From positions 47,217-111,216 of the forward strand of contig CBFHOE010000006.1 of the NCBI GenBank assembly GCA_965657355.1: a stretch of 64,000 nucleotides of DNA, read 5' to 3'. The notes beneath the pieces were generated by a model. That model was not told where the DNA came from. It made no database searches and saw only the letters and a program-made list of their open reading frames with translations. The translations under genes and the position numbers were made by a program. This document shows positions 58,512-64,000 of this stretch, piece after piece; position 1 is the first letter of the stretch, and each line of letters begins with the position of its first letter. This DNA comes from Limisphaerales bacterium (GTDB taxonomy: Bacteria; Verrucomicrobiota; Verrucomicrobiia; Limisphaerales; JAJOIW01).

Positions 58512-59684
58512 TCAAATAATGTTTCGCTGAGACATCTGATTCAAAGTCCAATGGTATTCCTTAGTCAGTTGATCAACCACATCCTTCTGTTTTATTGCAT
58601 CGGGTAGAACTTCCCATGTATATGTTTCCATTTCGTAGTGATCGCATAAATCAGGTTTAGCAACCAAAATGTCCAACAACTTTTCGATATGGTCAGAGGT
58701 TGATGCGAAAAGCGCATTGGTTTCGCTATGCAGCGGGATATGAAAATGAATACGCCATTCATCACCTTCTGGGAGTTGGTCTTTTTGTGCATTTTTTAGG
58801 GCGATGTCGAGATCTTTAATTCTTTTTAGCTGTCCTGTTTTCGGATCTTTAGAGATAACCTGATGGAAGTATACAGGATCATCAAATGCGGCAAGTTTTT
58901 CTAACCTGTCACGGGTCGGGATGACCTTTAATGCTGAGCTCAAATGAATTTTGGAAATCTTAATGTTATTGGAAACGAACCTATCGATAACATCTTTCGG
59001 TTCTTCAAATTCTATTGCCAAATGACAAGTATCATAGTTTACCCCTAAGCATCGATCAATACGGCCATCTCCCGGCCGCATTTCTCTCATCGAATTAATA
59101 AAATCAACAGTTTCACTGCTCGTTTCCAGAAAACATAAAGGCTCAGGTTCCAAGCCAAGATGAAAATCTCTCCCAGTTTTTTGCTGAAGATCATCAATAT
59201 ATTCGATAACGCTCCAAAGATTCTCTTTCATCAACTCAACCTGACCTGCGTCGTGAATAAATTCCTTGTACGAACAGGGCACAGTACTGACACTCGCCGA
59301 GCAATCGCTTGGAGTAATTTCCTTGAGTAACTTAAAAAGCAATTTTGTGTATTCTACTCTTTCGCCAGTAGTCCAGTCGGGACGATATACATCCTCTTTC
59401 ACTCTGGCGCCATGAAATGTTCCATAAGGAAATCCATTTACTGTAAAAACATAACAATTGTTTTGATCGAGCCAGTTTTTAAATTCATTCAAGTTTTTGG
59501 ACTGCTCGAGTTCTTTTGCGGCATTAAATCCAAGTCTTAACCCAATAGCATATCGATCGGTGGGGCATACGTTTTCTTGCACCCGTGTGGTATAGTCTTT
59601 TAATGTCTGGAAGGTTTGCTCCCATGACTCACCCCTGTGAATGTTCGTGCAGTAGGCCAAATGCCATCCGTTCCCTAATTTCAT
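58512..59684 (-). CDS. eboE: Metabolite traffic protein EboE (xylose-isomerase-like TIM barrel)
   Basis: 'YCTNIH', 'NGFPYGTFH..VKEDVYRPDW', 'LEPEP', 'DTCH', 'WRIHFHIP' and 'EMETYTW'. Confidence 0.9.
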   Translation of the reverse strand: MKLGNGWHLAYCTNIHRGESWEQTFQTLKDYTTRVQENVCPTDRYAIGLRLGFNAAKELEQSKNLNEFKNWLDQNNCYVFTVNGFPYGTFHGARVKEDVYRPDWTTGERVEYTKLLFKLLKEITPSDCSASVSTVPCSYKEFIHDAGQVELMKENLWSVIEYIDDLQQKTGRDFHLGLEPEPLCFLETSSETVDFINSMREMRPGDGRIDRCLGVNYDTCHLAIEFEEPKDVIDRFVSNNIKISKIHLSSALKVIPTRDRLEKLAAFDDPVYFHQVISKDPKTGQLKRIKDLDIALKNAQKDQLPEGDEWRIHFHIPLHSETNALFASTSDHIEKLLDILVAKPDLCDHYEMETYTWEVLPDAIKQKDVVDQLTKEYHWTLNQMSQRNII

Positions 59685-59775
59685 TAGTTGAATTTTTAGC
59701 TTATTAATGGGTTATTTTCACTAAAATTAAAATTTAATATCGAGAAAAGTGGTCAAGATAAGTTAATTGTGAGTT

Positions 59776-61971
59776 GTGCCGAAGAATACTGCACATTTAG
59801 CGAATGATTCTGTTCAAGGTTTGGTGGAAAGAGTGACTTACCACAACGAAGAGAATGGATTTGCTGTCATTAAAGTAAAGTCGCGGGGCAAAAAAGACCT
59901 TGTCACAGTGATTGGCAATATAGCTTCTATATCGCCAGGAGAGTGGCTTGTCGCCGAAGGCTCTTGGATTCGAGATAGAGACCACGGGCTGCAGCTTAAA
60001 TGTGTCAGAATCCAAACTTCAGCCCCAAGTTCATTAGAGGGAATTGAAAAATACCTTGGAAGTGGGATGGTAAAAGGCATCGGACCAATCTACGCAAAAA
60101 AAATGGTCGAGAAATTTGGGGAGAAAATTTTTGATATTATCGATTCTCAATCTGCAAAACTGGAAGATATAGACGGGATCGGGCCAGGCAGAAGAAAGAA
60201 AATTAAAGAAGCTTGGGCAGAACAACAAATTATCCGGGAAATCATGGTTTTTCTGCACTCGAATGGAATCAGTACGAGTCGAGCTCTAAGAATTTATAAG
60301 ACATATGGAGATAAAGCTATTGAAAGACTTCAAGACAATCCTTACATACTCGTACGCGATATTCATGGCATAGGGTTTTTAACAGCAGATAAAATGGCCC
60401 AATCCATGGGAATTCCCCATGACTCAGTCCTTCGAGCCAAAGCAGGAGTGATGCATATTTTGGCAACAGCAGCGAGTGAAGGGCATTGCGGTTTGCCCAT
60501 CAAAGATATTTTAGAGTCTACCGAAAAGTTGCTTGATGTTTCATCCGATCGAGTTTTGGAAGGTTTCGACAATTGTTTATCAAATGGTGACATCTTAAGA
60601 GTGCCATTCGGCGAAGGCCTCAAGCACCTCATCATGCTCCCTATATACAATACGGCTGAAGAACAAATCTTTCATTCCATAAAAAACCTTTCCCAAAGCC
60701 CAAAAACCCTTCCTGATGTAAAAATTGATGCTGCCTTTGAGTGGTGTAAAACAAAAACTGATTTAGACCTTGAAGAACAACAAAAAGAAGCTATCAAACA
60801 GGCACTTACATCAAGAGTTTCCGTCATCACTGGGGGGCCAGGTGTTGGAAAAACGACTCTTGTGAAGTCCTTACTCCTTATTCTTAGAGCAAAAAAAGTA
60901 AAGACTATGCTTTGTGCCCCAACCGGAAGGGCTGCAAAACGGTTGGAAGAATCAAGTGGTTTAGAAGCAAAGACGATTCATAGGCTTCTCGAAGGGCGAA
61001 TTGGGGGGTTTAATAGAAACACTCATAATCCAATTGAATGTGATGCTCTTATTGTTGATGAAAGCTCAATGATTGATGTTTTACTTATGGCATCCCTCTT
61101 GCGGGCATTACCAAGTAAAGCACACTTAATACTAGTAGGGGATATAGACCAACTGCCAAGTGTAGGCCCGGGCACTGTTCTTATGGATATAATTCAATCT
61201 AACGTAGTACCTGTCGTTAGATTGACGAAAATATTTAGGCAAGCAAACGCCAGTAAAATCACAACTGTAGCACATCAAATCAACTCTGGACATCTAGAAG
61301 GAATAGACGACTCGCAACCCGAAGATGACTTTTTTTTCATAGAAAGGGAGGACTCAGATAAGACGTCAGATTCATTGATAAACTTCGTCGCAAAAAAATT
61401 ACCATCCTCGTTTCATATAGATCCAATAAAGCAAATACAGGTTCTTTGTCCAATGAATAAGGGGAACTTGGGGGTCTATGAAATGAATCTTAAACTGCAA
61501 GAAAAGCTTAATCCAATTAAAGAAGGAATACCGAGAGTTGAGAAGTTTGGGTATAAATTTCAAGCTGGCGATAAAGTCATACAGACGCAGAATAATTACG
61601 ACAAAGATGTTTTCAATGGTGATATTGGTATCATTGCCGGTATAGATTTAGACTCACGCACCGTCGTTATAGATTATGAGGGTCAACGTATTGAATACGA
61701 TTTTAATGAACTCGATGAAATTTCACTTGCTTATGCCATTACAATTCATAAGTCACAAGGATCTGAATTTCCGGTCGTTGTGCTACCTGTAGCCATGCAG
61801 CAATTTATTATGCTTCAAAGAAATTTGCTCTACACGGGAATTACGAGAGGCAAGAATAAAGTTATTGTCGTCGGGCAAAAAAAGGCATTTCAATATGCAG
61901 TAAAGAACAAAGAATCAGCACTCCGATATTCTTCATTAAAAAGTCGATTATCGAGACTTAGTGAAATCTGA
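59776..61971 (+). CDS. recD2: ATP-dependent RecD-like DNA helicase RecD2
   Basis: N-terminal OB and HhH domains (KGIG, GIGF..AD), GGPGVGKT, DESSM, GDIDQL, 'FRQA', 'TIHKSQGSE' and 'LYTGITR'. Confidence 0.96.
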   Translation: MPKNTAHLANDSVQGLVERVTYHNEENGFAVIKVKSRGKKDLVTVIGNIASISPGEWLVAEGSWIRDRDHGLQLKCVRIQTSAPSSLEGIEKYLGSGMVKGIGPIYAKKMVEKFGEKIFDIIDSQSAKLEDIDGIGPGRRKKIKEAWAEQQIIREIMVFLHSNGISTSRALRIYKTYGDKAIERLQDNPYILVRDIHGIGFLTADKMAQSMGIPHDSVLRAKAGVMHILATAASEGHCGLPIKDILESTEKLLDVSSDRVLEGFDNCLSNGDILRVPFGEGLKHLIMLPIYNTAEEQIFHSIKNLSQSPKTLPDVKIDAAFEWCKTKTDLDLEEQQKEAIKQALTSRVSVITGGPGVGKTTLVKSLLLILRAKKVKTMLCAPTGRAAKRLEESSGLEAKTIHRLLEGRIGGFNRNTHNPIECDALIVDESSMIDVLLMASLLRALPSKAHLILVGDIDQLPSVGPGTVLMDIIQSNVVPVVRLTKIFRQANASKITTVAHQINSGHLEGIDDSQPEDDFFFIEREDSDKTSDSLINFVAKKLPSSFHIDPIKQIQVLCPMNKGNLGVYEMNLKLQEKLNPIKEGIPRVEKFGYKFQAGDKVIQTQNNYDKDVFNGDIGIIAGIDLDSRTVVIDYEGQRIEYDFNELDEISLAYAITIHKSQGSEFPVVVLPVAMQQFIMLQRNLLYTGITRGKNKVIVVGQKKAFQYAVKNKESALRYSSLKSRLSRLSEI

Positions 61972-62957
61972 TGTTTTGGAAAATGAATTCCCAAAATAAT
62001 TTGCCGCTAAAAAATAAATGGGTGAGTGATCTTACCTGGGTGATATCTTCACCCTCTTTGTTAGAAAATCAAAAAGGGACTAATAAAAGCCTAATTCTCG
62101 GCACGAAATGGCATGAGGCGAGATATAATGAGTCCATTCAATGGCTTTGTGACCTGGACGAGGACCCAACTCCTTTAAATGAATGGATGGATTCATCAAA
62201 AGATAAAAGAATTGGCTCGCTCTTCGAACGCCTAATCACTTTTTGGTTAAAGTTCGGCCCGGGTCCATTGAGACTGATCAAGAATGGCCTTCAAATCATT
62301 GAAAACAAACACACACTGGGAGAGCTCGATTTCATAGTTTTTAATGAAGAAGAGAATGAGTTTTGGAGTATTGAAGTTGCCGTTAAGTTTTATATAGGAG
62401 TCAATAAATCCTATGAAATGAAAGACTTTGTTGGACCAAGAGTCATGGATACTCTAAGAAGAAAATGGAATCACTTAATTGAAAAACAAAGTCGGCTACA
62501 CAAAAATCCTGTGGCTCAAAAAGCAATTTTAAACCTAACTGAAGGAAGGCAAGTCATTCCGAAAATCTATATAAAGGGTCGCTTGTTTGTTCCCTTTGAG
62601 ATATTTCAGAAACACTCAACAAATCAGATTCCTTTAGCACTTGAGCAAGATTATTCGGGGCTGTGCGGAGGTTGGTGGATGACGCCTGAAAAAGCCGATG
62701 CCTATTTTAAAAAATCTCAGGTCTGTGAACTCAATAAGTCTTTTTATTTCTCACCTATTTCTGAGGCCCTTTTTGAAAAATCAGATTCACCTTTTAAACA
62801 GGAATTCGACTTCAATAGAATTTTTCACGACGAGAAAAATATCCCACGCCTTATTGCAGTAGCAGATAAAACAAGTGGAGTCGAAGAATCGAGGGGCTGG
62901 ATAGTTCCCTCGGGCTGGCCTGATTGTATTGAAGAAATCGAGGCGGATGAAAGATGA
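61971..62957 (+). CDS. DUF1853-family protein (PD-(D/E)xK nuclease-like)
   Basis: 'RIGSLFERL', 'TLGELDFI', 'EVAVKFY' and 'GP...DTL..K..HL..KQ'. Confidence 0.8.
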   Translation: MFWKMNSQNNLPLKNKWVSDLTWVISSPSLLENQKGTNKSLILGTKWHEARYNESIQWLCDLDEDPTPLNEWMDSSKDKRIGSLFERLITFWLKFGPGPLRLIKNGLQIIENKHTLGELDFIVFNEEENEFWSIEVAVKFYIGVNKSYEMKDFVGPRVMDTLRRKWNHLIEKQSRLHKNPVAQKAILNLTEGRQVIPKIYIKGRLFVPFEIFQKHSTNQIPLALEQDYSGLCGGWWMTPEKADAYFKKSQVCELNKSFYFSPISEALFEKSDSPFKQEFDFNRIFHDEKNIPRLIAVADKTSGVEESRGWIVPSGWPDCIEEIEADER

Positions 62958-62969
62958 GGCAAAATTAAT

Positions 62970-64000
62970 TTAAGAAGTGATAAATGCCGTTTTTTTATTT
63001 GCTTCCCTCTTTCTCATATTGGCGTCGAGAATTTTCTTACGAAGCCTCAGGCTAGAAGGCGTAATTTCTACAAATTCATCATCACCTATATACTCGAGTG
63101 ATTTTTCAAGACTGAGCTTTAATGGGGTATCCAAAATGATGCCTTTGCCATCCCCACTAGATCTCATGTTTGTCAGTTTCTTTTCTTTTGTGGGGTTGCA
63201 AGTCATGTCCTCCGGGCGAGAATTTTCACCGACGATCATTCCCGGATAGACAATGTCTCCTGGTACGACCATGAGCTTGGCTCTTTGTTGGAGTGTATCC
63301 AATGAATACGCGGTGACTTTTCCTGATTCCATACTGACTAAAGAGCCGCTCTTTCTAGCCGGTATCTCACCTTTATGCGGTGCGTATTCATGGAAGAGGT
63401 GACTCATGATTCCTAAACCACGTGTCGAATTCACGAGCTCGGTTTCAAATCCAATAAGACCTCGCATCGGAATGATGGCTTCGAGAATAACCATGTCATC
63501 CTGATGCTTCATGTCGTTTATCTCTGCTTTACGAAAAGCGAGAGATTCCATAATGCCACCCAGGCAATCATTTGGAACTTCACAAAAAAGCTGCTCGAAG
63601 GGCTCGAGTATTTTCCCATTGTCATCCTTTTTAAAAATAACCTCTGGCCTACTCACCAAGAGTTCAAATCCTTCACGCCTCATTTGCTCGACTAACACAG
63701 ATATCTGCATTTCTCCTCTGCCTCTGACTTCAAAAACAGTTGGAGAGTTGGTGTCATTGAAGCGGAGGCTAATATTGGTCCGAATCTCTCTGACTAATCG
63801 TTCACGGATATGCCTCGCAGTGAGCAATTTTCCTTCCAACCCGGCGAGAGGCCCGTCGTTGACACAAAATTGCATACAAAGCGTGGGCGGATCTACCGGA
63901 ACAAATGGGAGGGCTTCGGTTTCTTCGGTTTTTGCAAGAGTTTCCCCCAAATAAACCTCCTCGCAGCCAGTCACTCCGACGATATCACCAGCAAATGCTT
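62970..64000 (-). CDS. typA: Translational GTPase TypA/BipA (5' end outside the window)
   Basis: 'GRGEMQISVLVEQMRREGFE', 'RGLIG', 'GMIVGEN', 'KKLTNMRSSG' and 'VEITP..LRLRK'. Confidence 0.97.
   Translation of the reverse strand, partial: AFAGDIVGVTGCEEVYLGETLAKTEETEALPFVPVDPPTLCMQFCVNDGPLAGLEGKLLTARHIRERLVREIRTNISLRFNDTNSPTVFEVRGRGEMQISVLVEQMRREGFELLVSRPEVIFKKDDNGKILEPFEQLFCEVPNDCLGGIMESLAFRKAEINDMKHQDDMVILEAIIPMRGLIGFETELVNSTRGLGIMSHLFHEYAPHKGEIPARKSGSLVSMESGKVTAYSLDTLQQRAKLMVVPGDIVYPGMIVGENSRPEDMTCNPTKEKKLTNMRSSGDGKGIILDTPLKLSLEKSLEYIGDDEFVEITPSSLRLRKKILDANMRKREANKKTAFITS

Overview
A gene-dense, AT-leaning bacterial chromosomal segment. It most resembles a Verrucomicrobiota (PVC) genome, judged from two prepilin/H-X9-DG genes, large secreted LamG/Ig/Calx-beta/GEVED proteins with a terminal 'S.DL..W...FYRV' motif, sulfatases and eboE. 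Core genes: flgB (partial, with a sigma-54 promoter), an ECF sigma operon, a class-B PBP plus SEDS pair, fmt, phoB-phoR, hflX, radC, rfbF, an ABC-2 exporter, tyrA-aroA-cmk-plsC, recD2 and typA (partial). The most notable accessory content is: (i) a tightly packed four-gene cluster encoding a PQQ-type beta-propeller, a HemN-like radical SAM enzyme, a chorismate-lyase-fold protein and a flavin-dependent halogenase-like enzyme (15484-19899); (ii) a lesion-rich, compositionally mosaic block next to radC (24379-29200), ending in three hairpins and a + strand U-tract that look like an unannotated ncRNA or element end (29234-29356); (iii) a transposase-DUF772-like protein with no catalytic domain, lying between a Pho-box-like site and phoBR; (iv) a stand-alone GHKL ATPase with an Ig-like insert, a solo dynamin-like GTPase, luxE-luxC without luciferase, a partial ebo cluster and a coupled RecD2/DUF1853 pair. 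I saw no rRNA, tRNA, CRISPR array or intact transposase/integrase. All family calls come from motif recognition by eye; no database search was run.
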